A DNA stretch of 64,000 bases from Raja brachyura (lineage: Eukaryota). Of this stretch, positions 14,901 to 29,900 are shown piece by piece. Both the position numbers and the translations under genes were made by a program. The notes under the pieces were generated by a model. It saw only the letters and a list, made by a program, of their open reading frames with translations. It did no database searches and was not told the origin of the DNA. The DNA is taken from NCBI GenBank assembly GCA_963514005.1, contig OY740789.1:13082001-13146000 (forward strand), written 5' to 3'. The stretch's first letter is position 1. Each line of letters begins with the position of its first letter.

Positions 14901-17900
14901 AAAACAGAAATTAACAATAAAAACACAAAAGAACCACAACATTTTTTGTAAATGTTAGTGAGAAAGGAAAGGGGAAAATTGACATTTCTCAGATTGGATA
15001 AACAGGGCAAGCAGCATTTCATGCCTTTGTAATGTAAACATTAAATGTATTTGTTGATGAAGGACAAAATAATTGAAGCAGTAATACTAACATTTGTTGA
15101 TAATACCATATTATTGGGGTACGAGAGAGAAATAAGGTAGGAGAATGGCAAATGAGATAATGGTGTGGAAGACGGAGAGATACAAATCAATGCTGAGAAA
15201 TACAAAGATGTACAGTTTTTAAAACTAAAGCAGGAAAAAGATTATGCATTTTAAATGTTTAGGCTTTAAACAGAAGTAGTACATAGCAACCAAAAACATG
15301 TTATTGGATTATACACTTTAAAGATATTGCTGAATACATCGGAACATTCACGGCTATAATACTAAACATTCCAATAATAAAATATCATTATATGCAGATG
15401 ATGTACTATTATACATCACCAATTCTCAAGTTAGTATTCCAAATATATTAAATCTTATAGAGGAATTCAGTTCCTTCTCAGGACTCAGAATAAACTGGTA
15501 TAAAAGTGAAATTATGTCAATAAAATCGCAAGTGCCGACACACGTTTTAAAATTGCCCTTTACAATTCCTGCAGAAAAATTCAAATATCCGGGTATCCAA
15601 GTAACCAGAAAATATAACTCTTTATTCAATGCAGACTTTCCGCCTTTAGTTACTAAATTAAACGCTCTTATTCAATTCTGGAAAACACTTTCGATGTCTC
15701 TAATAGGCAGAATAAATGCCATAAAAATGATTTTCCTCCCACAAATTCTCTATTTATTTCAATACCGATATATCTACCTAAAATTGTTTTTAAAAAAACC
15801 TGGATTCCCGATTACAAACTTTATCTGGGATTATAAATCACATAGAACCCATAAATGACATCTCTATAAACCCAAAGAAATGGGCTGATTGGCGCTCCCC
15901 AATTTCTTATATTATTGGGCAGTGAATATTAAAAATGTAATTTACTGGTTGGATAATGCATGCCAACAGGTAGACTGGTTAGTAATGGAGAGAAAGGATT
16001 GCTCGCCTTTTAATATAGGCGCAATCCTTCTCTCCCCAATAAAGTTGAAGAACACAATACATGAGAAAAATCCGATTATTCACAGCACTTTACGAATTTG
16101 GAGACAAGTAAAATCTACTTTTAAATTAAGAAATGTATCTCTTCTTTCACCAATAGCTAATAACCCGTTGTTTAAGCCATCTATTACAGATAAAATGCTT
16201 ATTTATTGGGAAAGACTAGGAATTACAAAGGTTGGATATTTGTACGAGAAGGGAAACCTCCTATCATTTCAGAAATTACAGTCGAAATACAATCTGAAAG
16301 GTAATCAATATTTTAGATATCTTCAAATTCGAGATTATTTGAAAACATATACCCATGATTATCAAACTCTGCTGCCAGACATACTAGACGACGGTATGAA
16401 AAGAAACTCTGACGCAAACAATCTAAATATCATACTTGTACAACATCCTTCTAAACATAAACATTCCATCGTCAGACGTAATTAGATGCGAATGGGAAGA
16501 GGAATTAGGCCTAAAAATCTCCAAAGACAGATGGGAAAAATATCTCTTATATATACATAATTGTTCGATTAATGTTAGACACATTTTAATCCAATTCAAA
16601 ATTCTCCACAGATACTACTACTCAAAAACTAAACTGAATAAGATTTTTTTCAAATATATCTCCTGTTTGCGACAAATGTCTCTCTCAAGAAACAACTATA
16701 ACACAATCCTTTGCCTCTTGCATAAAACTCCATAACTTTTGGAAAGAAATCTTTGAAATGTTCTCAAAATTATTAAAAACAAAACTGGACCCCCATATAG
16801 AACTGATTATTTTCAGAACAGCAGGAGCCTGCCCCAAGCTATCAATATTTCAAAGACATTTCCTTAATTATGGCCTGATAATGGCAAACAAACTTATACT
16901 TACATTTTGGAAAAATACATCTCCCCCAACTCTTAAAATGTGGATTACAAACATGTCTGAGATGCTACATCTTGAAGATATGAGACTTCTTAGCAGGAAA
17001 ACCAGAGCAATTTTCAAAGATATGGTCTCCTTTCATTGATTCATTACAAGGGTGGAATAGTGCAACACAACCTTGGAATTAAACCGATTTACGGACTGGG
17101 TGATGGGTGTGGTGAGAAGTGAAGCAGGTATATCAACACTATTTGGTTTTTTTTGTCTTTTTTTTCATTGATGTCTTTTTATTTTTTTTAAGTTTTTGCT
17201 TACTCACTCTTTGATTACACTCATTTAGAAGTTTAAGGGTTCTATTCTTACACATTCACTTTCCTTTTTCACTTTCTTTCTTTTTTGCTCTTTCATTTTC
17301 TATTTCATCTTTGTTAAAATTAAAATGGAAGCTGTACAATAAATGTATTCTGTCATATGCCGTGGTTTATACTTTTGTACACTGCTTCCAATAAAAAAAT
17401 ATTAAAAAAAATAAAAATAAAAGTAAAAAGATATTGCTGCAAAACTGATTTTCTCTTTGCACGAGTTGAGGCCACATTTGGTGTATTATGTACTTTTGAC
17501 AAGAATAACAATAAGCTAAAGCAAATTAGAGGCCATTCGATCCATTGCTCTTACGCTGGCCCTTTGGTAGAACTATCCAGTCAATCTCATTGCACAGCTT
17601 TTCTTCATAGCCTTGCAAATTCTTTTCAACACCATTTTGAAAGTCTGAATGGAATCTTCTTCCATCAATATTTCAATGCAATTTTTCTCGAGCACAACTA
17701 TGCAAAAATATATACTCAATTTACCTCACATCGTTTACCCAAGCAACTTAAATTGGCGTGTGCTATAGATACAATAGGATAGAAAATTTACACAAATTTA
17801 ACTGGATGCTTCGCAGAGCAATGGGTTACTTATGAAGTAGTGTAAGGAACCCGGAGGTGTACAAATCATGAGATGATTAGATGAAGTAAACACAGAGTCT

Positions 17901-20900
17901 CGTCCCAGAGAGGGGGAAATCAAGAACCAGAGGACATAGGTTCTAGTTGAGGGGGGGGGGAAAAAAAAAGATTTAATAGGAAACCGAAGTAAATTTTTTT
18001 TACACAAAGAATAGAATGAGCTGCCGGAGGAGGCAGTTGAAGCAGGTACTATTGTAACGTATAAGAAACATTTAGACAAGTACATGAATGGACAGGTTTA
18101 GAGGGATTTGGGCCAAACTCAGGAAAGTTGGGCTGAAGGGTCAGTTTCCACGCTGTATTATGTCAGAATGATGTCGTAAATTCATGATCGGTTACAATAA
18201 AAACAAAACCAGATTATTTTCTTTGGACAGCAATAGGCCACATTCAATTTTATTTCAGGAGCAGATAGAAAGTGAATTAATTGCAACTCTACCTTCTCTA
18301 ACTGTCCCGAATTGTTATATTTTTCCTCAGCAAAAACAAGGTCCATTTCACTCACATCATTCTTCAGAATGTAACAAACTTTACTTTTGTAGAATTCGGG
18401 ATCATCCGTTGCAAAATACTGAAAGGAGAAGTGATAAAATGGAGATGATCTCTAAATTGCATCACAAAAACCAGCACTTTACTTGGCAAAAACATAAAAG
18501 ACAGGAACATTCGATATATATTTTTAAAGAGTCGATATTTTTTTACAAATACAGAACATATTCACGATCCCCTTTTTAGTGTTACTAAATGCAAAAGTCT
18601 GAATTTTCTAACCAGTGTAGATACGTAATTTGCAAATTAACAAACAATCTAAACCAAATGCAGAATCCACACCAACCAGTTTCCAAAACATTATCCACTA
18701 CATAATTAAATTGAGGGGACTCTAAAGATAAAAGTGCATCTCTTCAGTCAGGAACTAACATGAAATGAATTCATTATTAAGATTATTTGCATCTGAAACT
18801 ATTAGACGTTAAGAGATATAGCACGGAACCAGGCCCTTTGGCCCACCGAGATCTCATCGATCGCCCCATGCATTAACACTATCCTACATTCCGGAGCCAA
18901 TTTTACAACGTACCAAAGCCAATTTACCGAGACCTGTACATCTTTGGAGTGGTAGGACACCAGATTACCCAGGGAAAACCCATGCAGTCATGGGACGTAC
19001 ATACAAATTCTGTACAGACAGCACCCTTAGGACAAAATCTGGGTCTCTGGCGCTATAAGACAGCCAAACTACATCTGGGCCATTGTGCCACCCCTGCTTC
19101 ACTGCCTGAATAATCTAAAACTGGCCATTAGCTTCAATACTAGCTGAAAATGATAAAGGACTGGGACTGGTGGGTGCATAGCGGTTGGGTCAAGTGTCAA
19201 ATAATTCAGAGTCTTAAGAGAATTGAAAAGCTAGCCTTACAACTAACAGTCATATCTGGGCTTTCTTGGATTTGAGGAGGGGAATAGTAGAAAGAAAAAT
19301 AAAACCAAATTAAACCCCATATCATCTTGCAACATGTATTGATTAGTTTATCTAAATTCCTTTGTCAGGTACTCTGAACTCACGCTGTTATACCTTTGTA
19401 AAAAGAAAAATGGGGATGTTGTAAAAAAGAAACAAAAACAGAAAATGCCAAACATGACTCAGCAGGTCAGGCACTGTTTGGAAGAGAAAGAGTTATTTTT
19501 TAAGGCCAATGACAGGACTGAGTCATAAGCATAGTGCAGCATGTTGTTGTTTTAAAGAAGGAACTGCAGATGCTGGAGAATCGAGGGATACACAAAAAGC
19601 TGGAGAAACTCAGCGGGTGCAGCAGCATCTAAGGAGCGAAGGAGATAGGCGACGTTTCGGGTCGAGACCCTTCTTCAGACAGCATAGTGGTTCAGCGCGA
19701 AGAGCTGCTACGTCAGAGCTCCAGTAATTCAGGTGCAATCCTGACCTCTGGTGCTGTCTATGTGGAGTTAGCACACTCTTTCCCGAGTTTCCTCTGGGAG
19801 CTCCAGTTTTCTTCTATGCCCTAAGAAAAACCCACGTGGGTTGATCTGCACTGGTGTATAGATAAATAGTAGAATTAAGGGGGCAGTTGATGGGCATGTG
19901 TGGAAAATAAAATTGGGGTTCAGCTAGGAATAGTGCCAAAATGTGTGTCTGATGGTCAGTGTGGACTTGGACTGAAGGACCCATTTCCATGCTATTTAAT
20001 TCTTACGACGATCATCTTTCATCAACGTAATATAATCACCACTTCCTAAAAGCAATCATGACTTCAATTTAAAGTAGTCCGTGCTTTCCCTCTCACTCCA
20101 TCCCCTCCTCCTTCCCAGTTCTCTGACCACTCAGACTGCATTTTATCTCTGAATCGCCCACTCCCCTGAGATTAGTCTGAAGAAGGGTCTCGACCCGAAA
20201 CGTCACCCATTCCTTCTCTCCAGAGATGCTGCCTCTCCCAATGAGTTACTCCAGCATTTTGTGCCTATCTTATGAAAGACAAGGTGTTAAACAAAGCCAC
20301 AAGTAATATTTTATCAATAAATCCATTACCTTATAATGCATCCGGAGTCCAATAATTTGTGCCAAGAATGAACGGGTAAAGCGAGCACAAACCAGTTGTT
20401 TATAAGCCCCACCCAAGGAAGATTCATACAAACATTTTCCAACTACTTTCCCTGCAAACTCATATAACTTTGGTCGGAGATGAGAAGGTCGCTCTGGGTT
20501 TGGATGCACCTGAATAAGCAAGAAATCCTGGTCATGAAGACAATCAGTGAAAAAAACTGGAAAAATCGGAACAGTGATATAATTTTTTTTTAAAGCTGGA
20601 AACACTCATCAAGGATAACCTGCTGAGCGTTTCCAGGATTTTCTGTTATTAAGTCATCCACCTGATAATTGGCAGTAGCCTCAATGTTCAGATTCATAGG
20701 CAAAGAAAATAATCCTACAGTAATAAAATCCTAGCCTGCCCAACCTCTCCCGATAGCTCAGCCCCTCAAGTCCTGGTAACATCCTTGTAAGTCTTCTCCA
20801 CACTTTGTCCAGCTAATAACATCTTTCCAAAATTTAACATGATACTCAAAATGTAGCCTAACCAACATCTTGTACAACTGACTGATGAAGATCAATGTAC

Positions 20901-23900
20901 CAAAAGCCTTCTTTACCTCCCTATCCACCTGTGATGCCACTTATAGGGAATTTGTCAGGTGTCCCCTCATCCTCTGGAAGATCTAGAGAAAACAGTCCAA
21001 ATTTGTTCAATGTCTCCTTAGAGCTAGGACCCCCAGATCCAGACACCATTCTGTTAAACCTGCACCCTCTCCAAGCCCTCCCCCATCCTTCCTGTAATCA
21101 GACAACCAGAACCGCACTCCATACTCTAAATGTGGCCAAAACCAAAGTCTTATAGCAGCATGGCACTCATACTCAAATCACCATGCAATGAAGGAGAGCA
21201 AACCATACCCCTTTTTTACTGTTCTATCTACACACCACATCTTACACAAGTAATAAATGCTGAAAGCAAAAAGTGCTGGAGTAACTCGGGAAGCATCTCT
21301 GGAAGACATTCATGGATGATCAGCCATGATCATATTGAATGGCGGTGCAGGCTCGAAGGGCCAAATGGCCTACTCCTGCACCTATTTTCTATGTTTCTAT
21401 GTGATGTTTCAGGTTAGGACCCTTCTTCAGACTCAAAACATCCGGACCCGAAATGTCACCTATCCACGTCTTCCAGAGATGCTGCCCAACCCACTCCATA
21501 ACCCATAGCACTTTGCGATTTCCTGCCAATGGTGAAAAGGCATGCTTCTCAATTGCATCATTCTCTATTTCTGATAATTAACATATTAGTTAGTTCTAGG
21601 CAAATATGATTTCTTGGAGTTGATAATCAGTAATTCATTACCATCTGAAATCAAATAGTGATATGGAAAATTCTTAACAGTTGAAATGTAAACTTACCAG
21701 TCCCTGGTTATTGTCACTGAAGTACATGAACAGGGCATTAATGGGGTCAAAGAGTGCTTTACAGGTTAACTCAAACCATTCCCTGCGTGGTCCACCCCAG
21801 TCCAGTGCTGAAACATTACATAAAAGTATCATTAGATTTTTTTCAGTGTTACTTCAGTAAAGCATTAGCTCATTTTGACATTTTATTTCTCCAGGCAGCA
21901 CAGTCCAGGGAAATGGACAGTCGATGTTTTACATGTTCTGAAAGAGGTGAGATGCCCAGTTTAAACATGCGAGGGAGTGGAGCTGAGCAAAGAGCTGGCA
22001 AGTGAAATGTGTCAGAAGAAACTGCAGATGCTAGTTTACACTGAACATAGATACAAAATGCTGGAGTAACTCAACAGGACAGGCAGCATCTCTGGAGAGG
22101 AGGAATGGGTGACGTTCCCCTAAGCAACCAATGAACCATCTCTCCCCCACCCTAGTTCTCCAACTATAGTTGCACTATCCTGCTGATTAATTTTACTGTT
22201 TATATGCCTCGTTGTCACCTTCCCCTCAGCCAACAATGAACCATTAGCTTGATTAACATCTGCTTTGATCTGTCCTTTTCACACCTTATATGCTCTTTGT
22301 AACCTTCCATATCTCTAGTTTCCTTCTCCTCGGACTCTCAGTCTGAAGAAGGGTCTCGAGTCAAAATGTCACCCACTCCTTCTCTCCAGATGTTGCTTGT
22401 TCCGTTGAGTTGCTGCAGCATTTCGTGTCTATCTGCTAGCAAGTGATAGGTGGGTTCAGGTGAGGAGGGGTTAATTGACAAATGGAGGCAGTGGGAGAGG
22501 GAAGGGTGGAGATAGCAAAAGAGGATGGGTGGTGGTGTGAATACACTAAAGGGCTGCAGATTAGGAAATCTGATAAGAAATGGAAGACTTGAACCAAACA
22601 AGAGAGGGGTGATAAGAGTAATCAAGAGATAAAATGATGAAATTTACTATTCTAAAATATGAATAATTCAGAGTTGTTATTTGTGAAACTAAATTGAGGG
22701 ACAAATGGTGTTGTTGATTTGCAATTTTGTGATCTTGTCTCAAAATAGTTTTTACAATCGATAATTAATGGATATGGTAGCAAGATAGTGCAGGGTGTGT
22801 GACATTAAGGGTTAATTTCAGGAAACATCAAATGCAGTGTTTTAGAAGAACTTTGAATATCACAAAGACATCTGTAACTAAGGTGACATTTAAATTGGTG
22901 TCAGTGTTGAAGGGAAAAGATGTGGTTGTGAAAGCAAATTTGAGCAGATATACATAAGTGCAAGAAATAAAATAGATAGCAATTAATCTGTAGTTCAGAT
23001 CTTGGGTAGTGAGTCAGCTCTGGCGGTTTTCTTGAGAGCATTTCTTTCTCTGACACCTTAACAGTTAAAAATAAGTATAGTACAAGATGTGGTGAGTCCA
23101 GCTGTACCACAAGTTCTTTGGATAGACACACTAGTTTGTGCAGTGAACATTAACTTATTTTAGGTCATAAGTGATAGAAATAGAATTAGGCCATTCGGCC
23201 CATCAAGTCTACTCTACCATTCAATCATGGTTGATTTATCTCTTCCTCCTCACCCCATTCTCCTGCCTTCTCCCCATAACTTCCGACACCTGTACTAATT
23301 AAAAATCTATCTATCTCTGCCTTACAATATCCATCGACTTGGCCTCTGCTGCCTTCTGTGGCAAAGAGATCTTTGCTATTCTGCATTGGCTGAACATGTT
23401 TAGGCAATTTGTCGACCAAGACACTTTTAACATCTATTCTCCTTAGACTTAGAATACCTCATTGTAAAATGTGGTCCCTTTTTTCAACTGAGGGATTTAA
23501 CCTCTACCATCTTGTTGACTAACTATATTCCACTCCAAGGCAATATAAAGATGGAACTGGATGAATTATACTCGACCGTCAACCCTTATAAGGCAGTAAA
23601 CCTTGATGCCTTATTTAACATTGCTGGTGACTTCAATCAAGCAAACTTCAGGAACGTATCTCCAAATACTATCAACATTCCCCAGCACCATGCAGTGTGT
23701 TCACACTCCAGACCACTGCTGTACCACCATCAAGTACACCTACAGCTCAATTCCTCACCCACATTATGGCCAGTCAGATCATCTGTTGCGTGTTACTTCT
23801 GCCGGGTTACAGACAGAGATTGAACTATGAAGCACCAACCACCAGAGTAATACAGCGGTGTGGTCTGAGGAGGCTACAGGTCTACTTCAGGAATGCCTGG

Positions 23901-26900
23901 AGTCAGTGGACTAGACCATGTTCAGGACCACATTAATCAGTTTGAATGAGCACACTTCAGTCATCACCAGTTTCATCAAAAAATTATTTGACGACTATGT
24001 TCTGACCAAGACAAACAAGATCCTTCCCAACCAGAGATTTTGGATGTAATGGAACATTAACTCTCTGCTAAACTCCAGATCTGAAGGGTTCAAGGGTGAC
24101 ACTGTCCTGTACAAAAAGACTAAGGAATGATCTTCATAAGGATACCAACAGAGAATTCCACCACTAGAGGCTCAGTTCAGTCAAGCAGATGGCAGGTAAC
24201 TGTGGTGCTGGACTTGCATACCATTGAAAGAGCTAATAGTCAAATCTAAAATGGAGTCATTCTTCTACAAAAGCATGGACTAGTAGAACAAAAGAATGGC
24301 TCAGTGCCAAGTCTGAATGACTTTGCAAATTATATGGAACACAATAGGGAGAACACGTTGTCTTTTCAATAAAGACATTAAGATGGCAGCCTGCAGTAAT
24401 AACATGTGCTTCATTCAAGGCCATAAAGCTTAGATTGAAAAAATTAGCTGACGCTCCAGAAATAAGTAATAACTTGTTATTGGATGACCTTGATTTGGAC
24501 CCAGCTTTCCTATATTGCGAAAGGCTACAGAATCTCTCAGTCATGCCATATTCAAACTTGGCAGGAGTGTTTTACTGATAAGAAAAATGTATAATTGTGC
24601 TAACTTCCCTTTGTTCTGTGCGTGGGAGCCCGAGACGCACTGAGCAACATTTGTGCTCGATGTAATCTCGCCGCTCCCATCTGACGAATCAATTAAAGAT
24701 TGCCACGGTTTACCTTTAAAGGTTTTTGTTGCTATCTGCTTTTTAAGAAACGAACTTTGACACCATCATGGGCTATAATGGAAGATCAGGGCAATCTTTG
24801 CCAAAAACACATCTCTACTAGATAAGCTCAATGTGTTTTATTCCCAGACAAAGTTCCACCATGGCACATTCCTCCCATCTCCCGCCAGCTCTCTCCCATA
24901 CAAATCAGTGGCAAAAAGTCAGATCTGCTTTCACAAGGGTAAATGCTTGGATGTAAAAGGATGTATCTCGGCTACCTATGGCGACTGCTCAATTCTTGGC
25001 CACCCAAAATTGCAAGTGGTAAACACAGCCAGTCTATCCAAGGCTCATCACTTCCTTTTATCAGTCCATCAACTTGGCATTTTGCATCAGGAAGACTGGA
25101 ACTTTCATCAAGAAAGTTTTATTCCTGGCTATTCCCTTATGACTCTTCTACCTTATGGGAGCCTGAAAGTCCGGATTTATGAACATTTTACCTCATATGA
25201 TTATTCTGTCATTGCATTTTAGTACTTTTCTGTACTATTTTTGGTTGTATCCATTGTTGTATTTATTGTATCTATCATTACCATGTGCACCATTTACTCT
25301 TCATGCAAATAAGTTAATTGCAATCTGGCGAGTATTTGACAATAAACTAATCTAATCAAATCTCTTTAGGTACTTCAAAGCAATTAATTTTGTTACACTA
25401 TGCTCTCTAAATCTAAATAGAGAATGAAATATGAAAACGTGAAGAAAGATGGTACAATGACACGACAAATGTGGTGCGATGTGGCGTTATTGGCAATGAA
25501 TAAGGGCGGCACAGAGGTGCAACGGTAGAGTTGCTGCCCAAGAGCGTTTGCAGCGCCAGAGACCCGGGTTCGATCCAGACTGTGGGTGCTGTCTGTATGA
25601 AATTTGTACGTTCTCCCCGTGACCGCGTGGGCTTCCATAATTCAGAGGTAATTAGGGTGTAAAATAAATTCCTATTTTTGTATGATGTGGCGTTATGGGC
25701 CACGTGTTATAAGGGACATAATAAAATGCTGCTTCTCAGAATGAAACTGATAATTTACGTTATTTACTGATAAGTTTGAATATTCTCACATTTTGAGACG
25801 TAAGTGTTTGAATAAAAGCAAGGCTACCAAAGCAAATTCCACACCCACCCAAATAAAACCTTGTCAAACTCTGTCATGGTGGCGCAGCGGCAGTTGCTGC
25901 CTTAGTGATTGCAGCGCCGGAGACCCGGGATCAATCCCGACTATGGGGTGCTGTCTGCACGGAGTTTGCACGTCTTCCCCGTGACCTGCGTGGGTTTTCT
26001 CCGAGATCTTCAGCTTCTTCCCACACTCCAAAGACGTACAAGTTTGTATGTTAATTGGCTTGGTATATGTAAAAATTGGCCCTAGTGGGTGTAGGATAGT
26101 GTTAACGCGCGGGGATCGCTGGGCGGCGCGGACCCATTAGGCCAAAGGGTCCGTTTCCACGCTGTAACTCTAAATCAATGGCCTCCACTGTCAATGACAA
26201 ATTCTTGATTAGAACAGGTGTCCAGGGTTATGGGGAGAGGCAGGAATAAGGTGGTAGAGATCAGCCATGATTGAATGATGGAGTAGACTCGATGGGCCGA
26301 AAGGCCTAATTCTACTCCTATAATTTGTGAATATTGACTTAATAAATTCTGTATTAAACTGCAAGCATTTTTGGAAGATTTGTATTTCTTACTACTAACC
26401 TTCCTCATCCTGGAAAATAACCTCAAAATTCTTGCTCCAATCAGCGGCCGAGAAATTTCGCGCTGCTTTCATGGACTGGTGGCATGTAGAAATTTAAAAG
26501 TGAAATTAAAGACAGATTAAGTTACTCATTAGAGTTGCTATCAAAATCTTTTTTTCGTGGCATACTAAAATCTGATGTTGTCTCTTAATACAACTTCCAA
26601 AGTTACAAAGCTTTAAAGTCAATTCAAAACTATAAAGTTAAACAGATGAATATAAAATGTAAAATGTGGCACTCTAAAGTTTTTTTTTAATCCTCAAGAA
26701 CAGTTAAATATACTACTGTTTAAATAATAATCTACTATTCTATTAGAAAAACAGGCAGCCAGCGAAATAAGTACGCACTCAACCCACCGACTCGAGGAAA
26801 TTGGGGCGGCTGACTTTTAGCACAATCTTTGTATGTGGTCGTTTCACATGCATCTGACGGAGTTCCCGCTGAAAGAAGTTTACTTTATCTTGGAACGTTT

Positions 26901-29900
26901 CAGAACCCCCTGAAAGAGGAGAAAAAAAAAAGAGCTTCTTTCTAATATCCATTCTGGTTAAGAAAGGGAAACTTTGATATCTGGGAGATTGCATTTATAT
27001 TAACCTTAGCAGAGCTGATCCATCACCAAGCAACAAACTCAAATATAAAATGCCTTCAATACCCCATTTGGGATACAAATCGTATGCCACAGCTCTTTAA
27101 GTAGGGAGGTCCATCCCCAATTTAATTTCTCATCCCGAGTTAATTATTCCTGACTATACAGCATTCCCTTTGTGTTGCCTGAGCTGCCAGTGTAGATCAC
27201 CTCTTCAATTCCTCCAGTTAGAATAAACAGATGGGTCCCTTGCACAATTAAAATGTCACATTACATGGCGATTAATAATTTCCAGTGACCGATTACAATA
27301 TACGGCACAAGCACGTCATGGATCACAGTTATAGAGATTGCACAAAAAAATATTAAATTACAAAAATAACTCTACAGGAGTTATTCAATACCAAGTATAC
27401 TCATGCAGAAGGATGGGAATGAATTGTAGCTACAAAGGACAGACGAAACAAAACGCAAGTAAAATGTAGTATGAACTAAAATTAATTGTTTTTTTAAATA
27501 CATTAAATTACAGCTTTCCCTAAAATAAGCCTATTATGCAGTAGTCCTCAGGCAACGAGACAGGTAGTAACTAGATTCAGTCACATGAAGACGTGACATT
27601 CAGATCCAAAATAACTTGGCTGCCAGTTTTTTCTTTTCTTTTGCATCCTAGTAAGTGGCTAATATCCACTTGGCAGTTCTTCTGAGCCTTCTCCTTTCCG
27701 AGCTGAAGACATGGGCACTTTGCCGCTCAAGAATCAGGGGACTGAATTTGCATCCAAGTCGTACTTGGCAGCATTTTGACACTCATGTTCCCTCTTTAGC
27801 TGTCAGGTTTAATTGCATTAAAAGTTAACAGCAATGCTCCCTATCTGTCCCTTGACACCTATGTACCAATAAAAACACATAAGCTTTCCATCCTTACCAA
27901 TGTTGTTATGCAGGAAACGGATAAATGTTGCTGCCATGATATTTCTCTCTTTGCAACTAAGTTCCACAGGAGGTTGTATCCCATCATCCACCACTAATGT
28001 TTGGAACTTTTGCACTGGGTCTAGACCATGGTAGTAAAACTGAGAAGACAAAGGCATTATTATACATATTTTCCACCAATGTGCTCTCCAACTATAGTCT
28101 TTTGAAACTCAGTCTGCAATTCTATTGCTGTTTTGTACCAAGCATCCACATTACATTGCTTGGACAGTGACAGACATTTTGGCTTGAAGTGTGGATTGAA
28201 AGAAAGATTCGGGGGTGGAAGATTGCAACCTTCACGTGGTCCACCCTGTTTCGACTGATGCAATCAACACAACTGTGCACAAACGGAAGATCAAATAGAA
28301 CACGTTGTCCAACAACTTTAGGCTGTGCACGCCACACGAAAGAAGAAAGAAAGATTCAGAATCGAATCTAACCCTGTCTTCATGGATGCTGACAGCAGCT
28401 CACTGGAGTGCAAGGGGGATTGATAACTCCAGCTAACTGGTCGTATACATCAATCAAAGAGACCAACTATGGAGTGCCCGTAGTACCCTAACAAACAAAA
28501 GTTAACCCTTAGCAATCTAACGCTGGATACATCTTGCAAAAATAAATATAAAACATGCTACATGGTGCATCTATCCAGTCTGCCATTCCCCCATCACAAT
28601 ACCCAGAAAGTAGATGTACAGAAATCAGACCCACCTTTGTTCCTGGACATACTCTGAAAGTGAAAAGTCTCCATGGAATGATTTTCAGGTAGAATTCCTT
28701 CACCGAGAATTGCTAGAAAACAAATATTCAGTCCACTATTTGGTTTATACCATTCACCAAGTACGTTACTGTTAATTGCTTAAGGTTTTACGTTTTAAAT
28801 ATTATTTTGTGGCGAGTAAGAGACGAGCGATACCAATAACTCTCATATAGTGTCTTAAGTAGCATTGATGTATTTAGCCAAGCTTAAGAAAGCGAGATGA
28901 GAGCATGGATTATTTGCCTGCTGCCCTCTATATTAAAGGAAGTAGCTGAAAAAAAACAATCAAATGAGCAGGATTCCTGCAATACCAACCACTCAATTGC
29001 AGATTGAGATAACCAGATTCAATTGCAATGAGATAGCGTCCTGATAATATTTAATAGCCAGATAGACAAATTGTCCAAGAGTGGCATGTACCCTGACAAA
29101 TACATTACTCCAATAAAAATGAATCCTGCATTGTTAAGCAATAGAGATTAACATTAGTGAGCCAGCTTATTATAAAATTCCATATTCTGTTTTAAACTGA
29201 ATTTAAAATTCCACATGTCTTTGGGTTGTTAGTCCAAGCCTCTGGTTTACATTAATTTAATCACTGCACCACACTGCCCCTTGCATCCGTTTAGCGATCA
29301 ATCCTTCACCGTTTAGGTATTGTGATTGAACAGAAACTCAGTGGACCAGTCACACAAACCCTGTGACTGGAAGAGGAGGTTAAAGGCTGGTTATCTTTCT
29401 GTGAGTAACTCATCTCCTGATACCCAAGCCCTTTCCACTATCTGCAAGGCATATCAGGAGTGTGATATTCAACTTTTGGCAGTCCTGGTTCCTACATTAC
29501 AGGAAGGATGTGGAGCCTTTGGCGAGGTTTACCAGAATGCTGTGGAAGAGGTTTACCAGTGTAGAAGAGGTTTACCAGATGCTGTCGGGACTAGAGAGTA
29601 TTAGCCAAAAGGAGGTAGACAAGATTGCTGGAGAAACTCAGCAGGTGACTGAGTTTCTCCAGCATTTTTATCTACCTTCGATTTTCCAGCATCTGCAGTT
29701 CCTTCCTAAACATTTCGCCAAAACGAGGATTTGGATTGTTTTCGTTAAAGTATCGGAGGCTGAGGGGGAACCTGATAAAAATTTATAAACTCACGTCACC
29801 TGCCTTTGCAGATGATCCCCAGGGAAATTTCAAACAGAAGGCCTGTTCACAGCTGAGTGAAGAGGCCCAGTGGCAAGTATTAGTACGAGAACTGCAGATA

